DNA of 64,000 nt from Patescibacteria group bacterium (lineage in GTDB: Bacteria; Patescibacteriota; JABMPQ01; JAQVVF01), in the NCBI GenBank assembly GCA_041662665.1, contig JBAZSC010000001.1, forward strand, positions 65,511 through 129,510, given 5' to 3'. The first letter of the stretch is position 1. Each line of letters starts with the position of its first letter. The notes under the pieces were generated by a model. It saw nothing but the letters and a program-made list of their open reading frames with translations, was not told where the DNA came from and ran no database searches. This document shows, one piece after another, positions 19,527 through 29,436 of the stretch. The translations under genes were made by a program, and so were the position numbers.

Positions 19527-20195
19527 TGATTGTGCAAATGCCAGCTGTCGCAACTTTTGAAATGCTTCTTCATGAATTTGTACAACTTCAGAAAGAGAGT
19601 CCTCTTTCTCACCCATCTCTTTCAAAACACGACATTCATTAAGCGCATTTTTTGTTATATTCAATACATTTTTTGCCTCCAAAATTGTTGTACAAGTATG
19701 AGGCAAGTGTTTTAAGACTGTATGAGATTTAAATGTAATATATGCAAATAGCATATCATCAAAAGATAATTCTTTGCCAGCATTCACACCTGCATCTGTT
19801 CCAATTCCAGCTAATTTAATCAATCTTGCTTGAAGGAATTTCTTAAGTTCATACAAACTATTATTTCTATCTTTTAATTCGTGCACACTCATGCCTACAA
19901 ATGCTCGCCTCAAATCTTCAAAAGTTCCTCTTGCACAAATGACTTCTTCAGCGCTTCTACGAAGTCCGATGCTTCCTTTTTCAAAAACAATCAAGGCATC
20001 TGAAAAAACAAAATGTTGCCTAATATAAAGAGCAATCTTTCCCCTTGTTTCTGAATCAGCATACTCGTATGCTTCCAAGATATCAGTAACTTTAAGCGTA
20101 GCCATCTCTTCAGGAGTCAAGATGTCAATGAAAATTGCAATCGCGACGTCTTTTCCAAATTGTTCTGCTAATTTCAAAAACCTTTCATCTGGCAT
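19524..20195 (-). CDS. hypothetical protein; tandem paralog of 18655..19473
   Basis: AGGAGG SD; shared ...AIAIFIDILTPEEMATL... and C-terminal ...LRQLAFAQS. Confidence 0.5.
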   Translation of the reverse strand: MPDERFLKLAEQFGKDVAIAIFIDILTPEEMATLKVTDILEAYEYADSETRGKIALYIRQHFVFSDALIVFEKGSIGLRRSAEEVICARGTFEDLRRAFVGMSVHELKDRNNSLYELKKFLQARLIKLAGIGTDAGVNAGKELSFDDMLFAYITFKSHTVLKHLPHTCTTILEAKNVLNITKNALNECRVLKEMGEKEDSLSEVVQIHEEAFQKLRQLAFAQS

Positions 20196-20270
20196 TTCGC
20201 CTCCTCTGCCGCTTTTTCTGCGGCGAAAAAAAGTGCATAAATCAAACTAACATAATCCTAATTTTTAAGC

Positions 20271-20297
20271 AATAAAAAAAGCAGAAAAATCTGCTTA
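20271..20297 (-). terminator. terminator aaaaaaagcagaaaaatctgct
   Basis: Third copy of the gcaga..tctgc hairpin family, downstream of 20314..20916. Confidence 0.55.
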
Positions 20298-20313
20298 CAA
20301 AATGTACAAAATA

Positions 20314-20916
20314 TTATGCAATTATTACATTATCAAGTCCAAATATATCCAAATCATCTTTTATTGATCTATATAAATCATCAATGTAAAAAAACTCGAT
20401 TCCTCCAATATTTTCGTGGTGAAGTATCATGTGAACTTCATTTAAAACATCATAAATTCTCATCATTGAACTAAGCCTTGATTTATCAATATCAAATCTT
20501 AGCAACTTATATAAGTTTTCTGCACGATCAATGATATCATTATAGGATTCAGCCAAAAAAACAAATTTTGCGCATTGCTTTGCTTTTTCATTATTGACTG
20601 TTTCTACTGCTTCAAGATGCTTACGATTTAATGAACGATATTTATATACAAGGAAAGCAATAAATGCAACATAAAACGCAATCATTAGGCAAATAGTCAA
20701 AAGAGATTTTTGAATAAATAAAATAGGCAATAGTGGTATTGAAGTAATACAAAGAAACAGCACAGAGAAAGAAATTTGCGAATTCTTCAAACGTTTCCAG
20801 TAAGAAGCATCAGCGATAATTTGAGCAATACGATATTTATCAGCAATTTCACTCAAACAATTTGGAATCTCAATTTTTTTCAAACCTGTTTTTGCGTTCG
20901 CGTGCGCCTCATCCAT
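20314..20916 (-). CDS. hypothetical membrane protein (two TM helices)
   Basis: SD GGAGGAGGAAG; central hydrophobic helices ITSIPLLPILFIQK and MIAFYVAFIAFLVY. Confidence 0.5.
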   Translation of the reverse strand: MDEAHANAKTGLKKIEIPNCLSEIADKYRIAQIIADASYWKRLKNSQISFSVLFLCITSIPLLPILFIQKSLLTICLMIAFYVAFIAFLVYKYRSLNRKHLEAVETVNNEKAKQCAKFVFLAESYNDIIDRAENLYKLLRFDIDKSRLSSMMRIYDVLNEVHMILHHENIGGIEFFYIDDLYRSIKDDLDIFGLDNVIIA

Positions 20917-20954
20917 CTTTCTTCCTCCTCCTTGTTGGCAAAGAACAATACTTT

Positions 20955-21145
20955 AAAATATTCGGAAATTATATCATTTTTCGTTAAATTATATTAACAC
21001 GCCGATATTCAAATATCAATATCACCGACGTTTTAGATATTCGGAAATTATCTTTTTAAAAAGTACGTGGTTATTAAATTAGTAATATCCGAATATCAAA
21101 ATATCCGTAATATCAACACGCTTTGGATATTACGGATATTAAATT
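20955..21145. promoter_or_regulatory. five copies of a 13-15 bp motif ATATTCGGAAATT / AATATCCG(A/T)AATAT in both orientations; putative operator array upstream of 20314..20916
   Basis: aatattcggaaattat (20961), gatattcggaaattat (21034), aatatccgaatatc (21087), aatatccgtaatatc (21106), gatattacggatatt (21127). Confidence 0.4.
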
Positions 21146-21178
21146 TTATTAAACATTTTAAAACGTAAAACAGAAAAT

Positions 21179-22744
21179 TCAATATAATCGTATCAATCCA
21201 TTAATCGTATTTCCATCTTCAAACCCAAGAGTCAAATCTCCTTTCAAGCTAATTCCAAAATTATTCAAAAAATCCAATGAATTCAAATACAATAAGCCAT
21301 TATTAGCTTTTACATCAGCATTTATTTCTGAATTTTGATTTTGGAATGATTTTAAAATTTCTTTAAGCGCATCTGAAGAGCTAGCTAAAATCAATTTATT
21401 ATCATAAAAAGAATAGGCAAAACTGTCCAAATCTTTTTTATTTTCTTTTTCAATTAAAGTTCTTAATTTAAAATTTTCAAAATCAGCATTAACAAATTTG
21501 AATTTGGAAACATCAGGCAATAATTCAATTCCTTCTGATCCATCAGCTAATTCAACTTTTTTCTCTCTAGGCTTTTGCCTCGCAAAATATTTTATCAATC
21601 CTGTCTCTACTTGTCCCATTTTATCGCTTAATTTTGCTTCATTATCAACTTCCGAAATCACGCTCCAAGAAGTTTGATCTTTTTTGCCAGGCAAAACAAT
21701 GAATTCAAAATTATTATCAAATAATGGGAGTAAATCATTCTCAAAGCTTATTCCGTAATTATTTTTAATTTGATCTTCAAAGCCATCCAAAAATTCTAAG
21801 AAATTAACATTTGAATTAGCATCTTTTTTCAAATCTTGATAAGTATTCTGCAAATTATTTCCTGAATAAGCCATAGTTGTTTTATTTGGCAAGAATTTAA
21901 ATGGCTCTTTCAAAGACAATTGCTTATTCAAATTTAAATCAGAATAAATTTTTAAATTAATATCCGAATTTTCCTCCTTTGCAGTTAAAAAGAAATAATT
22001 ATTATCAAAAATAAATTTATCAATTGAATTTAAAGCGCTAAAATTTGGGAGTAAAGCAAGCAGATCATTAGTCTTTTTAGAAAAAGCATACATAAAAGAA
22101 TCAGACAAAACTTTTTTATTCACTTCATTAAAATATTTATCATTTCTCAAGCTCTTAGCTTGATCAACATTTGCATCAACTACTTTTCTCAAAGCATCAT
22201 CGTTATCAGAAATGACTAAAATATTATTTATCACTAAATAGCTAAATGGATTTTGGTTAGCAAGCTTTACTTCATAGATTTTTACATTACTGTAATCAAA
22301 AAAACTCGTGTTTGCATTGTTAATTACATTATTTTTAAATAATTCTAAATTCGCATCCTTGAAAATAAAAATATGAGCATCCCTTAATAGGGCATATGCG
22401 CTTTCCGAACCTAAAGCAACCTCAAGATTGGTCGGTAAAATATTTTTTGCACTTTTTGACGCTAATAGTAAATCAGTATTCTTCAAAGTCTCATTGCCGA
22501 TATTCATTCTATTAGTATAAGCATAAAAAGAAACTTCATTCGGTACAAGTTTTACTAATGGATCCAGATTTTTCGCTTTAAAATAATCATAAACAAAAAA
22601 GCCAGCCAAAGCTAAAATGCCAGCCAATACCAAAATTCCAAGCAACACTAAAACCACTTTCAGCCAAATAGGCTTTTTCTTTTTGCCGCTTATTTCTTGT
22701 ACTGGAGAAATAAAAACTTGTTCCTTTTTTTTGATTATATCCAT
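21179..22744 (-). CDS. single-pass membrane protein with large extracytoplasmic domain; tandem paralog of 22820..24433
   Basis: N-terminal TM LKVVLVLLGILVLAGILALAGFFVY; shared architecture with the neighbouring gene (FYAYTN/SFAIVD, LVISDNDDALRKVVD/LLVSEFPDGLKKMID). Confidence 0.5.
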   Translation of the reverse strand: MDIIKKKEQVFISPVQEISGKKKKPIWLKVVLVLLGILVLAGILALAGFFVYDYFKAKNLDPLVKLVPNEVSFYAYTNRMNIGNETLKNTDLLLASKSAKNILPTNLEVALGSESAYALLRDAHIFIFKDANLELFKNNVINNANTSFFDYSNVKIYEVKLANQNPFSYLVINNILVISDNDDALRKVVDANVDQAKSLRNDKYFNEVNKKVLSDSFMYAFSKKTNDLLALLPNFSALNSIDKFIFDNNYFFLTAKEENSDINLKIYSDLNLNKQLSLKEPFKFLPNKTTMAYSGNNLQNTYQDLKKDANSNVNFLEFLDGFEDQIKNNYGISFENDLLPLFDNNFEFIVLPGKKDQTSWSVISEVDNEAKLSDKMGQVETGLIKYFARQKPREKKVELADGSEGIELLPDVSKFKFVNADFENFKLRTLIEKENKKDLDSFAYSFYDNKLILASSSDALKEILKSFQNQNSEINADVKANNGLLYLNSLDFLNNFGISLKGDLTLGFEDGNTINGLIRLY

Positions 22745-22819
22745 ACGTGAAGTAACTAGTAATAAGTAATAAGTAACTTTTAACTAGTCGTTTAGTTACT
22801 AGTTACTGATTACTAGTTA

Positions 22820-24433
22820 CTATTTAACGGTTATCTCTGCATCAATAAAATTACCTGACCATTTGCGGTTTTTGGTAATTCTTATTGCTCCTAATGATTG
22901 TGCTAAGCTTGCAGTATTTTTATCTCCTCCAAAATTTGAAGATAATTTTAACAAATCATCAATCGAAATAAAAATCAATTGTTCAGTTTTGGAATTTGCT
23001 AGTTCCTTAAAATCAGCGTCGCTATTCAATTTATCATCAGATTGAAAATTATCCAAGATCTTTTCGCTACTGAAAATCACAAGTTTATCATCCTTTACAA
23101 AATACCCAAGATCAAATGCTTTTTTCGGCAAATTCATTATTTTGTATGTAATATCTTTGTTTTTTCTAGTAATAAAATTTGCATCCTTATCATCATTTAA
23201 ATATTTTTTAATCAACTTTGCTAAAGATCCTTCTACCTTATTAAATTTTTCTTGAGCATTATCTTTGCCTTTAATATCAATCATCAAAGCCACTCTTATT
23301 TTTTCATTAGTAAAATCAGGAGCTAAATATATGCCATATTGTCCGCTCAGCAAATCTAAAAATTCATTCAGATCAATTCCATAGTCAAGCTCTACGCCTC
23401 TAGATATTAAAGCAAATTCTGCATTTGGATCTGGCGAATTGCCAGCTACAAAACTTGTTAACGTTGGTTTTAAACTTGCGCCTTCCATATAGAATGCAGT
23501 ACTTTCCGAAACAAAATCCGCAAATTTAGGTTTTATTTTTTTATTGTCGCTTATTTTATATAATTCTGGCATATAGATCTTTGCCAGAATTTTATCATCT
23601 GAAGCTGAAAACTTTGCACCAGCATAATATTTTCCGCCAATTTCTTTCAATTTTCCCATAATATCATCATCTAGCTTCAAATTAGACTTCAAAAAGACTT
23701 TCATTAATTCCAGCACATCTCCATAAACAAAAACTACTCCATCTTGATTATTTAATTTATTCTTCGCTTTTTTATATTTTCCGTCGTAAGCCAAAGCTTT
23801 GCCATTGCCTAATTTTGTATCAATCATTTTTTTCAAACCATCAGGAAATTCAGAAACTAATAAATAATTATCATAAATGGCATAAGTAAGGTTATTTTTT
23901 CTGGTAATATTTGTAATTTCATTTCCTCTAAAGTCTTCCTTGGCAACTACATAGCCTTTTTTCTCAAGATTATCATCAAAAATATTCAAAAAATTATTTA
24001 GTAAATCTCGATTTTTAATTTCAACTAGAAAAATTTTAGAAAATCGATCATTTGTCACTCGAATATTGCCAACAGCAATTTTTTTGCCAAGCCAACCATA
24101 AAAAGTATTTTCATCAATTTTTAAATCATCTGGCGTTATTCCAGCAAGTACCAAGCTTTGCAAATAATCGCTAAAAGTTTTGTCATTGCCCATTCTTTTG
24201 GCAATTTCTGTTAATTTTACATTTTGTTTAGAATCTTTATTAATATCTACTATTGCAAATGAAATCAAGTCATTCGGCACAAAAGATTCCATACTCTTCT
24301 TAGCAATATTATTGGAATACATCGCAAAAATCATTCCCAAACCAAAAATAAGAACAAGCAAAATTGCAATTATAATTATTAGTTTCTTGTTTCTTTTTTG
24401 ATTTTGAAGATATTGTTTTCGACGTTTTGACAC
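22820..24433 (-). CDS. single-pass membrane protein with large extracytoplasmic domain; tandem paralog of 21179..22744
   Basis: N-terminal TM LIIIIAILLVLIFGLGMIFAMY; 537 aa. Confidence 0.5.
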   Translation of the reverse strand: MSKRRKQYLQNQKRNKKLIIIIAILLVLIFGLGMIFAMYSNNIAKKSMESFVPNDLISFAIVDINKDSKQNVKLTEIAKRMGNDKTFSDYLQSLVLAGITPDDLKIDENTFYGWLGKKIAVGNIRVTNDRFSKIFLVEIKNRDLLNNFLNIFDDNLEKKGYVVAKEDFRGNEITNITRKNNLTYAIYDNYLLVSEFPDGLKKMIDTKLGNGKALAYDGKYKKAKNKLNNQDGVVFVYGDVLELMKVFLKSNLKLDDDIMGKLKEIGGKYYAGAKFSASDDKILAKIYMPELYKISDNKKIKPKFADFVSESTAFYMEGASLKPTLTSFVAGNSPDPNAEFALISRGVELDYGIDLNEFLDLLSGQYGIYLAPDFTNEKIRVALMIDIKGKDNAQEKFNKVEGSLAKLIKKYLNDDKDANFITRKNKDITYKIMNLPKKAFDLGYFVKDDKLVIFSSEKILDNFQSDDKLNSDADFKELANSKTEQLIFISIDDLLKLSSNFGGDKNTASLAQSLGAIRITKNRKWSGNFIDAEITVK

Positions 24434-24600
24434 ATTTTTACAATTAACATTTTACAATTAACATTTAACAAATTTTAAAAAAGTTAATAGTTAATTGTTA
24501 ACGGTTAATTGTTTTAATTATATCTTACAAAAACTTTCCTCGCAAATTTTAAATATAAATAAAAAAAGGCTCGTTAGAACCTTACAGGATAGAACAATCT

Positions 24601-24951
24601 TTAGAGAACAAAACCAGTAATTACTTCATTAGAATTTTTTGCTGGACCGCTCCATCTAATCATCACTGTTCGTCCTGGACTATTCGAATTTGGAATCATT
24701 ATCTCATGTGTACATGTTTGATTCTCTTCTGAAGTAACATTTTCATCAAAGCCAAATATTTTTACAAATGTCGCTCTATCATCTTTGACAAAAGATGTCT
24801 TGCTACAAACCCAGAGATCACCACCTTGAACCAAATGAAATTTTTCAATTGAAATAGGATAGAATGTGTGCCTCTTGCCATCGCTTGTCAAAACTACTAC
24901 CGTATCAACATTGCACCACCTTACTAGATGTCTTTTTTCTTCCTTTTTCAT
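24601..24951 (-). CDS. hypothetical protein
   Basis: AGGAGGGGACGG then ATG (MKKEEKRHL...); the ORF-track start further upstream lacks an SD. Confidence 0.45.
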   Translation of the reverse strand: MKKEEKRHLVRWCNVDTVVVLTSDGKRHTFYPISIEKFHLVQGGDLWVCSKTSFVKDDRATFVKIFGFDENVTSEENQTCTHEIMIPNSNSPGRTVMIRWSGPAKNSNEVITGFVL

Positions 24952-25075
24952 CCGTCCCCTCCTTTCCTTGTTCGAGGTTTGAAAGAACACTTAAACATTT
25001 TAATATAGCATAAATTTAGTTTTTGTGAAGCCAATTAATTTTTTTAAATAAAAAAACTAGTAAAACTAGTTTATA

Positions 25076-25462
25076 TCAATGAGCGTAACCTTCAAGAAGA
25101 TTTGTTTCAGTCATCACGCCATCAGTAATTACGACCTTTTCGATCGTATAACCATCATTCCAAACAAAAATTGCATCCAAGCTTCCCTTGTTTTTGCAGA
25201 ACATGTCAAGCAAAGGAGTATAATATCTTGTTGCGCCAATACCAATCACAAAAGTTTCCAACTGCAATGAGCCATCTTCCGAATTGCGGAAACTGATAGC
25301 TGACGTAAAATCAGTTTTCATGCGAAAACGTCCTCGAACTACACCAAGTCCGTATGGACCAAACACGCGAGCTTGTCGTTCGAGTTCTGGGAACATTTGG
25401 ATTTTCAAAGCAAAAGATTTGATGTGTACTACCGAAAGGACGTCACCATGCATAGGTTTCAT
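25076..25462 (-). CDS. hypothetical protein
   Basis: AAGGAGG SD then ATG (MKPMHGD...). Confidence 0.45.
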   Translation of the reverse strand: MKPMHGDVLSVVHIKSFALKIQMFPELERQARVFGPYGLGVVRGRFRMKTDFTSAISFRNSEDGSLQLETFVIGIGATRYYTPLLDMFCKNKGSLDAIFVWNDGYTIEKVVITDGVMTETNLLEGYAH

Positions 25463-25839
25463 TCTGCCTCCTTGCCTCTCGTTGTTGAGAGGAACAATAA
25501 AATATTACATAATTAACATAAAATGTCAATCCAAATAGTCTTGCCAAAATTAAATTCATTTGGTATAATTAAAATATAAAATATAGTAAAAACTATATTA
25601 GTTTAGTTTACAATAATTAATACGCTATTTTGGCCAAAGCTTTTGCTAGTGCTAAAATAGTCGCGAATTTCGTTTAATTTAAACTTCGTTCAGCGTAATC
25701 CATCAGGATAATCCGCATGTTATCCGCACGAATCCGTGCAAACATGGATTAAATAATTAGACGTGGTTTACGCAAAACATTTTTAAAGATAGCGAAAGGT
25801 CATAAAATTATGTTGAGCAAGAAAAAAAAGACTTCTTTA

Positions 25840-26169
25840 ATGAAGAAGTATGCAACTCACAAAGGTGACACAGGTTCACCAGAAGTACAAATTGCAATTT
25901 TAAGCGCAGAGATCGAAGAATTAACAGAACATTTAAAGACTCATCGCAAAGATAATTCTTCAAGAAGAGGTTTATTAGGCAAAGTTCACCAAAGAAGAAA
26001 ATTGATGACTTATTTATCTAAAGAAGATGAAAAACGTTATCAAACAATCATTAAGAAGTTAAAACTTAAAAAAATCAAAGAAGAAACAGAAGCAGAAAAG
26101 AAAAGAAGTGAAGAAATCAGCAAAATCGCCGAAAATCAAGATGCAGAAATTGATGAAGATATGGAATAA
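25840..26169 (+). CDS. rpsO: 30S ribosomal protein S15 with ~30-aa K/E-rich C-terminal extension
   Basis: [51 protein letters not shown] matches the S15 signature; the ORF-track start at 25810 is an alternative. Confidence 0.8.
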   Translation: MKKYATHKGDTGSPEVQIAILSAEIEELTEHLKTHRKDNSSRRGLLGKVHQRRKLMTYLSKEDEKRYQTIIKKLKLKKIKEETEAEKKRSEEISKIAENQDAEIDEDME

Positions 26170-26180
26170 AGCACCAAAAG

Positions 26181-26272
26181 TTTCTGCGTTTTCTGCGTTC
26201 ATTTCTGCGTTATTCTGCGTTAAAGTCTTGAATGCAGAAATACGCAGAATCTGACGCAGAAGACGCAGAATT
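26181..26272. repeat. palindromic array of four TTCTGCGTT octamers followed by four ACGCAGAA octamers (large imperfect hairpin after rpsO)
   Basis: ttctgcgttttctgcgttcatttctgcgttattctgcgtt ... gcagaaatacgcagaatctgacgcagaagacgcagaa; a half copy lies at 61755..61795. Confidence 0.5.
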
Positions 26273-26392
26273 TATTTAACGAAATTTATATTAATTAATC
26301 AAAATTTTTTCTTAAATTGATGTTCAAATAGTCAGACTAGATTTTTAAGACAGTCTGTAATTTGAACGTCAAAGAGAAAGAATTAAAAACAA

Positions 26393-28510
26393 ATGCTAAA
26401 TTTGTTCAAGAAAAGTACAGGTCCAAAAGAATTTGAAATGATTCTTGGCGACCGAAAATTGTCGATCAAGACAGGTGAGCTAGCACAGCAAGCTAATGGT
26501 GCAGTTTTAGTCCAATATGGTGAAACTGCTATTTTGGCTACATGCGTTATCTCGGGTTCAGTTCGACCAGATGTAAATTATTTTCCATTAATGGTTGATT
26601 ACGAAGAAAAACTATATGCTGGTGGAAAAATTAAAGGTTCAAGATTTATCAAACGCGAAGGCAAGCCTTCAGATGAATCAATTATCAAAGCTAGAATTAT
26701 TGATCGTTCAATTAGACCATTATTTCCTCAACACATTGTTAATGATATTCAAGTAATTATTGAAGTTCTATCAGTTGATGGCGAAAATGATGCTGATATT
26801 GTTGGTTTAGTTGGCGCATCTGCTGCTTTAGCTATTTCAGACATTCCATTTAACAAAATTATCGGTGCAGTTCGAATTGGCAGAGTCAATGGCGAATTAG
26901 TTTTAAATCCAACATTTGCTACACGTGAAAAATCAGATTTAGATTTGATTGTTTCAGCTTCAAAAGAAAAAACATTAATGATTGAAGCTCAAGGACATGA
27001 AGTTGAAGAGCAAGATATGTTCAAAGCAATAGAATTTGCTAAGAAAAACATTGTTTCAATTATTGAATTTTTAGAAAAAGTTCAAAAAGAAGTTGGCAAG
27101 AAAAAGAATGAAGTTCCAGTTCCAGAAATTCCAGCTGGTTTAGAAGATGGCGTCAAAAGTGCAATGATGGATCGCTTAAGTAAAATTCTATATGAAGGCC
27201 CAACTAGAGTTCGAAAACATGAAGTTTATGCATTATGTGATACAGTTGCTTGTGAATTGTCAGAAAAATTTGGCGAAGATTGCAAAGGCTTAATTAATGC
27301 TGAATGCCACAGATTTTCTGAAATTTTCGTTCGCGACAATATTTTAAATAACGATAAAAGAGTTGGCAATCGTAAAATGGACGAAGTTCGAAAATTAGAA
27401 GGCAAAGTTTCAATGTTGCCAAGAGTTCATGGTACTGGCTATTTCAAAAGAGGCGGTACACAAGTTTTGACAATCACAACTTTGGGAGCACCTTCAGATA
27501 AACAAATTATTGAAGATGCAGAAGAAGAATACAAGAAGAGATATATGCATCATTACAATTTCTTGCCTTTCTCAGTTGGCGAGACTTCACCACTTCGCGG
27601 TCCGTCCCGTCGCGATATCGGTCATGGCATGTTAGCAGAAAAAGCTTTAGAGCCATTATTGCCAAAAGAAGAAGATTTTCCATACACAATGAGATTAGTT
27701 TCTGAAGTTTATTCTTCAAATGGCTCAAGCTCAATGGCATCTGTTTGCGGTTCTTCATTATCTTTAATGGATGCTGGTGTTCCAATCAAAGAACAAGTTG
27801 CTGGCATTGCTATGGGCATGGCTTCAACTGATGATAATAATTATAAAATTCTTACAGATTTGCAAGATCTTGAAGATTCAGAAGGCGGAATGGATTTCAA
27901 AATTGCTGGTACAAAAAATGGCATTACAGCTATTCAATTAGATACAAAGACTTTAGGCTTAACAGATTCAATGGTTTTAGACACTTTGAATCAAGCAAAA
28001 ACAGCCCGAATACAAATTTTGGACGTGATGAACAAGATTATTGCACAGCCTCGTAAAGATTTATCTAAGTACGCTCCAAGAATTTATACTATTCATATTA
28101 ATCCAGAAAAGATCAGAGATGTAATAGGACCAGGCGGAAAGATGATTAATAAGATCATTGAAGAAACATCAGCTGAAATTGACATCGAAGATGATGGAAC
28201 AGTATTCATTACTTCAAATGACAAAGCCAAGGCAGAAAAAGCTCTTGCTTGGGTCAAAGATCTAACAAGAGAAATCAAAGTCGGTGAGATCTTTGTTGGC
28301 AAGGTAGTTAGAATCATGAACTTCGGTGCCTTTGTCGAGCTATTTCCAGGCAGTGATGGTCTTATCCATATTTCAAAATTAGCGCCTTATCGCGTTAATA
28401 AAGTAGAGGATATCGTCAAGCTTGGTCAAACTGTCAAAGTCAAAGTACTTGAAATAGACAGTGAAGGCAGAACAAATCTAGGACTGATCAACGAGAATAA
28501 TAAGAAATAA
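26393..28510 (+). CDS. pnp: polyribonucleotide nucleotidyltransferase (PNPase)
   Basis: Two RNase PH domains, then KH (IGPGGKMINKIIEETSAEIDI) and S1 (GEIFVGKVVRIMNFGAFVEL) domains; follows rpsO as in the conserved rpsO-pnp operon. Confidence 0.9.
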   Translation: MLNLFKKSTGPKEFEMILGDRKLSIKTGELAQQANGAVLVQYGETAILATCVISGSVRPDVNYFPLMVDYEEKLYAGGKIKGSRFIKREGKPSDESIIKARIIDRSIRPLFPQHIVNDIQVIIEVLSVDGENDADIVGLVGASAALAISDIPFNKIIGAVRIGRVNGELVLNPTFATREKSDLDLIVSASKEKTLMIEAQGHEVEEQDMFKAIEFAKKNIVSIIEFLEKVQKEVGKKKNEVPVPEIPAGLEDGVKSAMMDRLSKILYEGPTRVRKHEVYALCDTVACELSEKFGEDCKGLINAECHRFSEIFVRDNILNNDKRVGNRKMDEVRKLEGKVSMLPRVHGTGYFKRGGTQVLTITTLGAPSDKQIIEDAEEEYKKRYMHHYNFLPFSVGETSPLRGPSRRDIGHGMLAEKALEPLLPKEEDFPYTMRLVSEVYSSNGSSSMASVCGSSLSLMDAGVPIKEQVAGIAMGMASTDDNNYKILTDLQDLEDSEGGMDFKIAGTKNGITAIQLDTKTLGLTDSMVLDTLNQAKTARIQILDVMNKIIAQPRKDLSKYAPRIYTIHINPEKIRDVIGPGGKMINKIIEETSAEIDIEDDGTVFITSNDKAKAEKALAWVKDLTREIKVGEIFVGKVVRIMNFGAFVELFPGSDGLIHISKLAPYRVNKVEDIVKLGQTVKVKVLEIDSEGRTNLGLINENNKK

Positions 28511-28546
28511 CATTCAACGGCTAATCTCATTTGGGGTTAGCCGTTT

Positions 28547-29284
28547 TTGATAAAAATTATGGAAAATAAAGGATCAAATATAGACACAATTAGAATGTTA
28601 ATAAAGACAAAAAATGGAATAGACCGTAATATTTTTAAAATTCAATTAAAAAAAACAAAAAAAGATATTTATCTGATATTTAGAGATAATAAAAAATACA
28701 TATCTTTTCACGAAGAAGGCAAAAAGGTTTTTCATTTCAATGAAATAAAATTTCCACCTTTATTCAAAAATTCACATTATAATTTTGAATATCTAAATCC
28801 AATATTTTCTTATATACCGAAAAGAATCTCAGAATATCCTGTTTTTTCAAAATATAATAAGTCAAAATGTGTTTATTTTTTTCTCAAAGAATATGAAGAT
28901 AAAAATTTCATGATTGATTTTTTTTGGGTAAATGAAAAAAATGGTCTTACACATATTCATAAAGAAGATAGATATCTTAGTTCGTTTTTAATAAGCGGGA
29001 ATAAGGGCGATAAAATCTTACAGTCGAAAGAAAAAATTGGTATTTTGAAGCCCATTAATTTCGGAAATAGAATATTATATTTTAATGTTAGAATTATTAA
29101 TAAAAAAAATCTTCCAGACTATCAGTTAGAACATATAATAATTTATAATCCTGATAAAAAAACTTTTATAAAGGACTACGTAAACAGATATAAATTTCCG
29201 TTTAATTTAAAAAAAATAAAAACTCAAGGATGTGATTTACATCAAAACAAAAATGATGGATCATACTTTATTTCTTTTAGCTAA
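28547..29284 (+). CDS. hypothetical N/K/I-rich protein (very AT-rich gene)
   Basis: 245-aa ORF with no recognisable domain; markedly lower GC than neighbours. Confidence 0.45.
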   Translation: MIKIMENKGSNIDTIRMLIKTKNGIDRNIFKIQLKKTKKDIYLIFRDNKKYISFHEEGKKVFHFNEIKFPPLFKNSHYNFEYLNPIFSYIPKRISEYPVFSKYNKSKCVYFFLKEYEDKNFMIDFFWVNEKNGLTHIHKEDRYLSSFLISGNKGDKILQSKEKIGILKPINFGNRILYFNVRIINKKNLPDYQLEHIIIYNPDKKTFIKDYVNRYKFPFNLKKIKTQGCDLHQNKNDGSYFISFS

Positions 29285-29350
29285 TTTTTGTCTCAATAAT
29301 GTTCTTTAGATGTTGAAGGTTTGTGTCAAAAAGACTGAATAACAAAACAT

Positions 29351-29405
29351 TATGTTTAAAAGATTTTATGACCCAAAAAATAAATATTCTCAAATAATTT
29401 TAAAG
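29351..29405 (+). pseudogene. 18-codon fragment duplicating the 5' end of the HIT-like gene at 30084 (MFKRFYDPKNKYSQIILK*)
   Basis: atgtttaaaagattttatgacccaaaaaataaatattc matches atgttcaaaagattttatgatccaaaaaataaatattc at 30084. Confidence 0.5.
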
Positions 29406-29436
29406 TAATATAATAAAATAAATCGTAAGATTAATA

